From assembly GCA_963669175.1 (NCBI GenBank), contig OY769902.1:5152001-5216000 (forward strand): 64,000 nucleotides of DNA. The letters are read 5' to 3'. The translations under genes and the position numbers were made by a program. The DNA comes from a bacterium. GTDB taxonomy: Bacteria > Electryoneota > Electryoneia > Electryoneales > Electryoneaceae. Shown one piece after another: positions 1 through 8,813 of this stretch (positions are counted from its first letter, which is position 1; every line of letters starts with the position of its first letter). The notes below the pieces were generated by a model, which did not search any database, had not been told where the DNA came from, and worked only from the letters and a program-made list of their open reading frames with translations.

Positions 1-2
1 TT

Positions 3-3000
3 GCATCATCTCAGCAAATTGATATTGAACGAATTGAGGAGATGCCCAATTACCCGAACACGTACGGCATGCGTGACTGGCATACTGTTTCCCTGTCCTA
101 TGACACGCTGGTGTTCGACTGGGATCGTACCGGTGAATACCTGCCGTTGATCTGGTGGTATTCAAGCGCGATCAATTACCCCGAACATGACGCTTTCGGT
201 TTGGAAACGGTTGTGGGAACGCCACGCTATCATTCCGGGGAAGCGATCAACGTACTGGCAGCAGTAATCGGAGCTACACTGAACGGTGTGGACAAGAGCA
301 GTCAGCATGGCAATGATTACGTGTTGATGTGTGAAGAATTTTTCAACCGTCGCCCGGAAGAAAACATATACCTGAACAACCCTGTCGGCCAGAGTGGGAC
401 AGACTTCTGGTATGACACCATGCCAAACATCTTCTTCTATCAACTGTACGACCAGTATCCCGGGTTCGGTGATTCGGACAGCCAATTTCTCACTGTCGCC
501 GATCAGTGGCTGGCGGCTGTAGAAACCATGGGTGGCAGCGCAGCTCCCTGGGATGACGCCTATATGAATTACCGCGGATTCTCCTTCTCAACCATGACGC
601 CCAATGCCAGCGGGGTGCGTGAACCGGAAGCTGCCGGTGCGGTGGGCTGGATTCTCTACCATGCCTACAAAGAGACCGGCGATGAACGCTACCGCATGGG
701 CGCCGAATGGGCTGTGGAGTTCCTGGACAGCCGTACCACAAACCCTTCCTACGAACTTCAGATGCCGTACGGCGCTTACATAGCGGCCAAGATGAACGCT
801 GAACTGGGCGCAGGGTACGACATGGGAACCCTGGTCGACTGGTGTTTCAGTTACCAGCCGCTCCGTGCCTGGGGGGTCATGGTGGGAACATGGGGCGATT
901 ACGATGTCCACGGACTGGTCGGTGAATTGTCCGGCAATGATTACCCATTTATGATGAATGGATTCGAACAGGCAGGCGCGTTGGTTCCCATGGTACGCTA
1001 TGACGACCGTTTTGCCCGTGCTATCGGCAAATGGATGCTGCATCTCGCCAGCGCCAGCCGTCTCTACTACCCTGCATTCCTGCCAGCCGAGAACCAGGAC
1101 AGCGAAGAATGGTCTTTTGAATACGACCCACAATCCGTAATCGGTCATGAAGCCATTCGTGAGACCGTCAACGGTCATTCACCGTTTGCCACCGGCGATG
1201 CCATTTCCGGCGGTTGGGGTGAGACCAACCTGACCCTGTACAGCTCTTCGCACGTGGGCATCCTTGGTGCAATCGTAGACACGACAGATGTTTCCATGAT
1301 CCTGCAACTGGATATGCTGGCCACAGATTATTACCGTGATGACGCCTATCCCAGTTACCTGCTGTACAACCCGTACGATACTGAACAAACTGTTACCCTC
1401 AATGTGGGTAACGATGCTGTGGACATTTACGATGCCGTAGCGAATGATTTTATCGCGACCAATGTATCAGGTGAAACGGAAGTCCAGTTGGCTGCCGATG
1501 ACGCACGTGTGCTGGTCTACTGCCCGGCCGGGGGTACAGTAACGTATGACCTGGCGAAAATGTTGGTTGATGGAGTGTTCGTCGATTATATGAGTGATAA
1601 TACCGTCGCCAACTGGCCGCCACGTATCAAGGGACTTGCTGCAGATCCGGCCTCCCCGGTTCGTAATGAAGAGGTGACATTATATGCCACCGTTGAAGAT
1701 CGTGATGAGGATGAACTCAGTTATACCTGGTTTGCCGGAGCAGGAGAAATTTCCGGGACTGGCGCAACCGTAACATGGACCACACCGGACCAGGCAGGAG
1801 AACAGACCATAAGTGTGATAGCAAATGATGGTACGGATTCAGACACGACCGTCATCATGGTTGAAGTCCTTGCTTCTCACCCACCGGTGATTTCCAACCT
1901 GTATGCCGAGCCCAATGTTGTGGAACTGGGCGGAGTCGCCACTCTTTTCTGCGTGGCAACAGACGCTGATGATGACAGCCTGAGCTATTCCTGGTCTGCT
2001 GATGGGGGCACGATCACCGGCGAAGGCGCTGAAGTTACCTGGCACGCGCCCGACGCAGAGGGCACATTCACCATTTCCTGCGAAGTATCCGATCCCTATG
2101 GCATGTCAGCCTCGGATGAGCTTTCCCTGCCGGTTGGCGACCTGGTTGGGATGTACTGGCTGATGAACGGGCAGGCGCTCGATACGGGAGCATTTGACAA
2201 CGACGGCACCGTGAACGGCGCTACGGCGACTGATGGGCGTGATGGCACCCCCAATGGCGCCCTTCTTTTCGATGGCGAGGATAATGTCATCGTTCCCATG
2301 TCGCCATCGCTGAACTTCAATCGTGCCGTTTCGCTATCCTTCTGGATGAAACCGACGGAACTGCCGGACCGTGAGATTTTCCTGATCTCACACGGTAGCT
2401 GGCAGAACCGTTACAAGGTCTCACTAATTCCGGACGACCGTATCCGTTGGACCTTGAAGACAGACACAACGACCAATAATGGCATCTTTGACCTTGATTC
2501 TGAGACTCATGTGGTGACAGACCAGTGGTACCATGTCGTCGTCACCTATGGAGAAGGACAAGCCTCTGTTTACGTAAACGGTGAACAGGAGGGTTCTATC
2601 ACCTGGAATGGATCCATACTCCAGACCGATGTAGATCTTTGCTTCGCCCAGATGCTGCCCAGTGATGAAGCTTACAATTTCATTGGTGTAATGGATGATA
2701 TTCGCATCTACAATCGTGTGCTGGATGGGACAGAAGTGGATGAACTGTACCACGAAACTGATGTCGCCAACAACAATACAGCGCTTTTACCACGACACTT
2801 TGCCCTTGAAAGTGTGTACCCGAACCCGTTCAATCAGGAAACTTCAATCCGTTTCTCGCTTCCCCTGTCCGGTCCGGTAGAATTGCGTGTATACAATATC
2901 CAGGGCCAGCTTGTCACGACATTGGTCAATTCACGGATGGATGCCGGGTATCACAACCTGCACTGGGATGCGGCCGGAATCAGCTCGGGCGTATACTTCC

Positions 3001-3056
3001 TGCAATTCCACGCCGGAACAGTGAAGCAGGTACAACGGTGTGTGCTTCTCAAGTGA
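3..3056 (+). CDS. Secreted multidomain protein: N-terminal catalytic-like domain, Ig/PKD-like repeats, LamG domain, C-terminal T9SS/FlgD sorting domain; 5'-truncated by window
   Basis: Frame is open from position 3 (ASSQQIDIERIEEMPNY...), so the true start lies upstream of the window. Two Ig-like 'LSYTW/LSYSW...G..VTW..P' repeats, LamG motif 'WYHVVVTY...YVNG...MDDIRIYNRVL', C-terminal 'YPNPFNQET...SSGVYF'. Confidence 0.8.
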   Translation, partial: ASSQQIDIERIEEMPNYPNTYGMRDWHTVSLSYDTLVFDWDRTGEYLPLIWWYSSAINYPEHDAFGLETVVGTPRYHSGEAINVLAAVIGATLNGVDKSSQHGNDYVLMCEEFFNRRPEENIYLNNPVGQSGTDFWYDTMPNIFFYQLYDQYPGFGDSDSQFLTVADQWLAAVETMGGSAAPWDDAYMNYRGFSFSTMTPNASGVREPEAAGAVGWILYHAYKETGDERYRMGAEWAVEFLDSRTTNPSYELQMPYGAYIAAKMNAELGAGYDMGTLVDWCFSYQPLRAWGVMVGTWGDYDVHGLVGELSGNDYPFMMNGFEQAGALVPMVRYDDRFARAIGKWMLHLASASRLYYPAFLPAENQDSEEWSFEYDPQSVIGHEAIRETVNGHSPFATGDAISGGWGETNLTLYSSSHVGILGAIVDTTDVSMILQLDMLATDYYRDDAYPSYLLYNPYDTEQTVTLNVGNDAVDIYDAVANDFIATNVSGETEVQLAADDARVLVYCPAGGTVTYDLAKMLVDGVFVDYMSDNTVANWPPRIKGLAADPASPVRNEEVTLYATVEDRDEDELSYTWFAGAGEISGTGATVTWTTPDQAGEQTISVIANDGTDSDTTVIMVEVLASHPPVISNLYAEPNVVELGGVATLFCVATDADDDSLSYSWSADGGTITGEGAEVTWHAPDAEGTFTISCEVSDPYGMSASDELSLPVGDLVGMYWLMNGQALDTGAFDNDGTVNGATATDGRDGTPNGALLFDGEDNVIVPMSPSLNFNRAVSLSFWMKPTELPDREIFLISHGSWQNRYKVSLIPDDRIRWTLKTDTTTNNGIFDLDSETHVVTDQWYHVVVTYGEGQASVYVNGEQEGSITWNGSILQTDVDLCFAQMLPSDEAYNFIGVMDDIRIYNRVLDGTEVDELYHETDVANNNTALLPRHFALESVYPNPFNQETSIRFSLPLSGPVELRVYNIQGQLVTTLVNSRMDAGYHNLHWDAAGISSGVYFLQFHAGTVKQVQRCVLLK

Positions 3057-3187
3057 AAAAAGTGGACAGTGAAAAAGGTGAAAAAGGAAATGAGGAATCA
3101 GCGAATGGCTCTTCGTGTATCTCAACAACAATAATTTAGCATAGTTATTCTGCTATGTAAACAGTCAAGGGTGTAAAGAGCCTTTGT

Positions 3188-3328
3188 ATCGTCCCATGTG
3201 CCGTTCTGCTATTCGTGCTCGTGGCACAAGTTTTTTGTTCGCACGGAACAGCGGCGCCCTAAACTCGAATCGTTGTCAAGCAACAGAATAACTACCAGGG
3301 TCGCGTGTTCCCAATGGCATCGGACGAT
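3188..3328 (-). ncRNA. Predicted IS110 bridge/seek RNA with target-binding and donor-binding loops
   Basis: Outer stem 3188-3202/3316-3328. Target loop 3254-3304 holds AGAATAACTA (3285-3294, reverse complement of left flank+core 3142-3151) and CTCGA (3264-3268, core+right flank), around hairpin GTTG-TCAAG-CAAC. Donor loop 3201-3246 holds CTGCTAT (3206-3212, core+IS end) and AGTT, around hairpin GTGC-TCGTG-GCAC. Confidence 0.85.
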
Positions 3329-3372
3329 TCAATCACAATCTATGCTTTACCTACCTGCCAGCAGTGCTGGGG

Positions 3373-4434
3373 TTATACGCAGGCAGGATTGTAGTCTTGT
3401 TCTTTGACCAGCATGGCCCACAGTATCACGGCTAGTTTTCGTGCCATGGCGACGATCGCCACTTTCCGTGTTTTCCCGGCATGGATCGCATCGTATTTCT
3501 TCTTTGCATACGGATCTTTTTGCACCCAACGCCACGCAGCTTCGACCAATAGTTTTCGTAGATGGGACGGTCCCCAGTGGGTAATGTGTCCCATATGGCG
3601 TGTGTTGGCGCTTGACCATTCACACGGCGTCAAGCCAAGATGTGCGCCGACTTGCTTACCGGATGCGAAGCGTTCGGGACGATACATCTCGGTCACGAAG
3701 GCGTTCACGGTCAACTCGCCCACTCCCTTCACCTGGCGCAGGCGCTGGGTACGGTCCCGATACGTTGCGGACGCATTCATCGCCTTGATCGCTTTGGTGA
3801 TCACCTTGAGTTGCTGTTCAATGGCCTCCAGCTCATCGAGAGCAACATCAATGGCTATCCGTGTCGCGGCCAGACAATCACACGTTCGCAACCAGCGCCG
3901 GTATTCCTTTGTCCAATAGCGTTGCGGCGGAAACGGTGACTGTAAACCGTGAAACAATAGCAGACTCTTGATTCGGTTTTTGACCCGAACGCGATCATTC
4001 ATCACCTGGTCACGGGTGCGAGACAACTGACGATCCGCCTCTTCCTGTTCTGTAGGGACATGTACCCAGGTACGGGGCGGTGTCCAGAACATGTGGGCCA
4101 AGGTCAGGGCATCCAGATGATCGGTCTTCTGCTGCTTCGCTTGCGCCCCTTTGGGAACTTGGCTGGGCGGCGCGATCTGGCAGTCAACACCTTGGCCGAT
4201 CAGGTAACGACAGAGGCCAAAGCCGGTGAGGCCCGCTTCATAACACGCCCACATGCGGCAGTTGGGAAAACGGGCAAAGAAGCGTTCCCAGGCGGCTGAG
4301 TCATGCTTGATCCGATTCTCAAAGAGCACTTCACCAGTCTGGGTGTCGAGCACAACGGCGAAAGAAGTCTGCGAATCAACATCCAGACCTATAGACAATG
4401 AACGGTCCGCTGCAATAACTTGGTTCTTCGACAT
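3373..4434 (-). CDS. IS110-family DEDD transposase/recombinase
   Basis: 353 aa. RuvC-like DEDD motifs IGLD, CYEAG, KTDHLDA. C-terminal Tnp20 region with GVG, 'LGLTPCEWSSA' (catalytic Ser) and 'AIVAMARKLA'. Confidence 0.95.
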   Translation of the reverse strand: MSKNQVIAADRSLSIGLDVDSQTSFAVVLDTQTGEVLFENRIKHDSAAWERFFARFPNCRMWACYEAGLTGFGLCRYLIGQGVDCQIAPPSQVPKGAQAKQQKTDHLDALTLAHMFWTPPRTWVHVPTEQEEADRQLSRTRDQVMNDRVRVKNRIKSLLLFHGLQSPFPPQRYWTKEYRRWLRTCDCLAATRIAIDVALDELEAIEQQLKVITKAIKAMNASATYRDRTQRLRQVKGVGELTVNAFVTEMYRPERFASGKQVGAHLGLTPCEWSSANTRHMGHITHWGPSHLRKLLVEAAWRWVQKDPYAKKKYDAIHAGKTRKVAIVAMARKLAVILWAMLVKEQDYNPACV

Positions 4435-4523
4435 GGCGCTTCTCCTTGTGTTGGAAAAATGGAATACTGCTAAGATAGCAGTTCCAACACGACTTGATGC
4501 GCCTGTCGTTTAACATAGGAACT

Positions 4524-5420
4524 CGATTTTATTCCGTCATCATGGAGATTGCCGGGAAAAGGGGACAGGATCCTTTTCCTCACCCTCAAACAGAATACTC
4601 TTGCTGAATCTGTGGAACAGGAAACTAACCCGAATATTTCATGAACGGAACATGGATATTCATCTTAACACAGTTCATATCAACACAATACAACTGATTC
4701 ATACAGCATTTTTCAGGGGACAGTTTGCTCCGGTATCCCTTTGCGTGTCTATTCCCTGTTTCGCTGGCAAAATAGGCTGAGAATCGGCAACCGCCCCGGC
4801 AGGGGCAACCTGTATTAGCCCCGGGCAGCCGCCGTCAGTTTGGCGGCTACCCGGGGAGATAATGCGCACCATATATTTACTCCGGAAGGAGTAACCTGAT
4901 AATTATCAAAAGTATACAGTGGAAATATTCAGGCAACCCGCTGCCGGGGTTGGCAAGTAGCGTACATCCTATTCCCACCGTGAGCGCCAAACAGACGGCG
5001 CTGGACGGTGGGCTAATACAGAGAACCACTGCCGTGGTTCTTGTACTGGCCATTCCATCAAATACCAAATTTGAAATTGCATTGGTGAAATATTCGGGCT
5101 AACCCCTTTTCCATGTAATTCCTGCCTACTCGCAAGAAAAAGGGGAATTACTGAGGGAAAATGGGGACTGCTACTCTTTTTCGCCTACGGAGGTTCGGAA
5201 AGGTGTGAACAATTTACGACATGAACGTGAAATTATTGATTTTATGATAAGATATTGCGAAAAAGGTAGCTGTCCCAGCATTTTCCCTGGTCAAGGCATT
5301 CTTCTGTATCGTTCGCATATACGAGCAGGCGAAAAATCCGGTACAGTTACCTTTTCATCAATCCTGATTTGCTTGTCTTGCATTTGAGAAAATGAAAAGG
5401 CAACAGTCCCATTTTTCGCT
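4524..5420. repeat. Cluster of 'GGGACAG/CTGTCCC-TTTT' palindromic intergenic repeats, interrupted by the MITE
   Basis: 4524-4625 plus 5102-5145 align with 29721-29868. 5155-5420 aligns with 14697-14941. Confidence 0.8.
4626..5101. mobile_element. Non-autonomous MITE copy 1 (476 bp, ~16-bp TIRs, TA at both ends)
   Basis: Ends TAACCCGAATATTTCA ... TGAAATATTCGGGCTA. Near-identical to 13973-14449. Comparison with the empty paralogue (GGAAACTGTCCCCTTTTT, ~29817) fits a TA duplication. Confidence 0.85.
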
Positions 5421-5453
5421 TGTTTATCCCTCTTCACGATGCTGTATGGGCGA

Positions 5454-8315
5454 TTACTGTTTCTGCGCCAGTAGTTTCGCCCGCATTTCCTTTGCCAGGG
5501 ATATGCGATCATCCAGGTGGTCATATTCGGCCACAGCAACGCAGGAGTCCAAAGCTGTTTCCGCTTCGAGTGGGCGTCCCATGTCCATCAAAGCCTGCGC
5601 CAGGATCAGGTATCCATCGGCCATATAGCCATATTCTTCCAGTTCTTTCAACTCCTGAAGAACTTTATTCATCTTCACCAAGCCGGACTCAGCCTGCCCC
5701 TGGCCAACATCACAAGCGCCCAGAAGTAAACGAGCAAAGGGTCGGACCCCTTCATCTACCTTGGGTTGCAAAAGGATAGTCAACGTATCCCTGGCCGCAT
5801 CATATTCGCCAAGCTGATAACGGCATTCGGCGATATTCAGCAGTACACGGTGAATCTCATCCGGCTGCTCAAGTTCTTTCCATATCGTCAAAGCCTGGTA
5901 ATATTCATCCAAGGCCCAGGGATAGGTTTGCAACTGCATATAAACATCGCCAACCCAACCGCGTGTCAGCGCGGTGTTCCGCTTATCGCCGATTTCTTGC
6001 CGAATGGTCAGCGATTCACGGTAAAAACTCACTGCCGGTTGGAACCTCCCCATACGACGATAGGTGGATGCGATAGCAGCGAGGGCATATCCCTGCTGAC
6101 GTTTCAGTCCCAACTCACGGTCAATTTCCAGGCTACGTTGAAAATTCTCCAGCGCGTCTTCAAAACGGCCCATGTTGCGATAGATGTACCCCATATTCTC
6201 AAGCGCATACCCTTCACCACGGGGATCTCGAGCTTCTCGTGCGATCTCCAGCGCCTTCTGTTGATACACCAGGGCGCTGTCGGGCAGCCCCATACTATTG
6301 AAGGTCGCGCCAATGTTATTATATGCCGGACGCAGGTAAGCGCCTATACGTTTTCGAATATCCAGCGCCTGCTTGTAATAATCCAGCGCGTCCTCATAGT
6401 GGCCCTGTGTATACTGGTAGCTGCCAATACTGTTCAGGGTGACACTTTGTCCGGCAAGGTCATTGATTTCACGTTGCAGCGTGAGTGCTTTCTCATACGC
6501 TTGAATTGCCCGGGTATAATCACCCAGCCATTTGTACACCACACCCAGACGGTTTAAGGTCGTGGCTTCCATATCCTGCGATCCGGTCTCACGCGCCAGC
6601 ACAACCGCTTTACCCAGGTACTCCAGCGCTTCCGGATAGTCTCCACGCGAAGCGTGAATGTGTCCGATAAAATGATTCGCAAACCATTTTCCCTGCAAGT
6701 CCCCCAGTTCATTGCTGACAGTCAACGCGCGTTCAAATAAGGAAATCGCTTCCGGGTAGCGTCCCTGTCGCAGGAATAGACTGCCCAGGCCGTTGAAAGC
6801 GGATCGATAATAAGAACGATAGGATAATGCTTCCAGGTAGGCTTGTTCGGCAGCATCAAGCTTATTCTCTTTTACCAGCACAATCGCATCCGCGAAATGC
6901 GCTTCAGGAAGGTCGGAGGCCAGCGCCAACGCCCTATCCGCACGGCGACGTCCCAGCGAAATCCAACGCGCATCGTTATCCCAGCGTCCATAGACCTTCG
7001 CATAGGCCGCCGCCAGCTCAGCATGAGCCAGGGCAAACTGGGAATCAGCCTGCACTGCGGATTCATACAAACGGATCACATTCTGATAGTCTTCCCAACT
7101 GTAGGCATTGCGTTCCGCATGGCGTGCCTGCAGGAAGAAGTCCGCAGCTACCGGATTGGAAGGAGCATGCAGCGCCAGCGACGCTTCCGTTTCGCCGGAG
7201 ATTCGCCCCACAATGGGAAACAGCATGTCACGTGCAATTTTATCCTGCAATTGCATCCGGTTTTCACGCGCGTCAGCATAACCAACCGAGAAAACCCGTT
7301 TCGATGTTTCCGTGTCGATGATTTCCAGTTTGACTGACAGACTGTCATCGGCTCGGAACAAGGTTCCCTGGACCAGAAATTTCGCCCCAAGGTTACGTTT
7401 GATCCCGCGCGTAGTACGGTTCGACTGGTTCAATGCCATGATGTCACCGAGGGGATACACATGCAACCCGGGTACCTTCATCAGCTTGAAGATGAGGTCT
7501 TCCGCCACACCTTCACAGATGTAATTGTTCATGGAATCGCCGGTGACATTACGCAAAGGCATCACAGCTATTCGGTTCGAGGCTATTAACGCAGAATCAC
7601 CCGGCGCTCGTTCGTAGCCGAACATCTCGGGTTTCTGGAAAAATACCAAGGTTAAAATCAGCATCACTATCGCGATGCCGACAGAAGTCATAAATCGGTT
7701 ACGGTACTTGCGTTCGGATTCCTTACGGTGGGTAAGTTCACGCTGGATCGCTTCCTTTGAAACCTGCGGCGTAACCAGATGCAGAACCTCAACCTTCTCA
7801 ATGACATTCTTCAACGATGTCGGACCGAAGGATTCAAAAGCGATGTCAAGGGCCGGTGAAGCTTCTTCCAGGAGGAAACGTGAGATCGTAATGCCATCGG
7901 TCAGCGCCAATGGTTGCAGACGTGCAGCGATGTTGATCACGCTCCCGAACAACTCATGGTCACGTTCCACCAACTCGCCGCAATGAATCCCAATACGGAT
8001 ATGTACTTCTTCCTGGGGCAGCACCTTTTGGTTGTACGCGGCCAGGTCAGCCTGTATGGCCATGGCACAAGCGACTGCCTGTGCAGCCAGGTCAAAGCGG
8101 ATCATGAACGCATCGCCGATACGTTCCAGCACCTTCCCGTTGTGCTCCGTAACCCGTCCGGCAACCATCCCGGCATGCATCTTCAACAACCGTATAGTGC
8201 GAGGTTCATTCTCAGCCATCATTCGGGTATACCCGACGATGTCCGTGAACATGATCGCGGCTCGTTGTTGACGGTCCTGTTCCGGTCCGGTCATCATGTA
8301 CGACCATCCCTGCAT
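5454..8315 (-). CDS. Class III nucleotidyl cyclase domain + TM helix + TolB-N/CsgG-like domain + TPR repeats
   Basis: 'AAIMFTDIVGYT', 'ERIGDAFM', 'IRIGIHCGE...ELFGSVINIAARLQ'; hydrophobic TM 'VGIAIVMLILTLVFF'; 'IAVMPLRN'; many TPR repeats. Confidence 0.9.
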   Translation of the reverse strand: MQGWSYMMTGPEQDRQQRAAIMFTDIVGYTRMMAENEPRTIRLLKMHAGMVAGRVTEHNGKVLERIGDAFMIRFDLAAQAVACAMAIQADLAAYNQKVLPQEEVHIRIGIHCGELVERDHELFGSVINIAARLQPLALTDGITISRFLLEEASPALDIAFESFGPTSLKNVIEKVEVLHLVTPQVSKEAIQRELTHRKESERKYRNRFMTSVGIAIVMLILTLVFFQKPEMFGYERAPGDSALIASNRIAVMPLRNVTGDSMNNYICEGVAEDLIFKLMKVPGLHVYPLGDIMALNQSNRTTRGIKRNLGAKFLVQGTLFRADDSLSVKLEIIDTETSKRVFSVGYADARENRMQLQDKIARDMLFPIVGRISGETEASLALHAPSNPVAADFFLQARHAERNAYSWEDYQNVIRLYESAVQADSQFALAHAELAAAYAKVYGRWDNDARWISLGRRRADRALALASDLPEAHFADAIVLVKENKLDAAEQAYLEALSYRSYYRSAFNGLGSLFLRQGRYPEAISLFERALTVSNELGDLQGKWFANHFIGHIHASRGDYPEALEYLGKAVVLARETGSQDMEATTLNRLGVVYKWLGDYTRAIQAYEKALTLQREINDLAGQSVTLNSIGSYQYTQGHYEDALDYYKQALDIRKRIGAYLRPAYNNIGATFNSMGLPDSALVYQQKALEIAREARDPRGEGYALENMGYIYRNMGRFEDALENFQRSLEIDRELGLKRQQGYALAAIASTYRRMGRFQPAVSFYRESLTIRQEIGDKRNTALTRGWVGDVYMQLQTYPWALDEYYQALTIWKELEQPDEIHRVLLNIAECRYQLGEYDAARDTLTILLQPKVDEGVRPFARLLLGACDVGQGQAESGLVKMNKVLQELKELEEYGYMADGYLILAQALMDMGRPLEAETALDSCVAVAEYDHLDDRISLAKEMRAKLLAQKQ

Positions 8316-8813
8316 GAATGAGGTTGCACGCCGAAAAATTCAGGAAGAATAGCTACCACCCTACAGTTACTTAGAATATGTACACAGCGCGGGTAAAGCA
8401 ACGGTGACAGGCGTCAAAATGACAATGGAGACGTGAAAAAAACAAAGAATAAGGGTGGCCCGATTCACACGTGATGAATTGCCCGCTCTCGTTTCGAGAT
8501 GGATACTGTGATGCAGCAATAGCCCCCACCGCAAGCAGGAGTGAGTCGGGACTGAACCCCAGGCTGATCGCATTCCCGACTTTGCCCATCAATTTCTGAT
8601 ACCAGGGGAAAGTCCTGATCTTTAATTGAAAACGACAAGCGAATCAATATCAAAACAGGGCAAAATCGGGCCAACCAGGCTTGTATGCACATGCCAAGAC
8701 GGATGCCAAAATGAAGAAAAGTGTGCAGCCTCAAAACCAACACAGGGCACACGCTAACCTGCCACGTGTACCCTGTTGTTCCCCCATAGAATCCAATCAA
8801 GGATTCCCACGAA

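Larger units (their letters stand above)
3150..4523 (-). mobile_element. IS110-family insertion sequence, IS1111 type (subterminal IRs, long 3' non-coding end), bounded by CT core dinucleotides
   Basis: CT at 3150-3151 and 4522-4523. Subterminal IRs CTATGT-AAAC (3153-3162) / GTTTAACATAG (4508-4518). Removing the element restores TTCTCGATTTTATTCCG, as in the paralogous repeat at 29717-29733. Confidence 0.9.
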
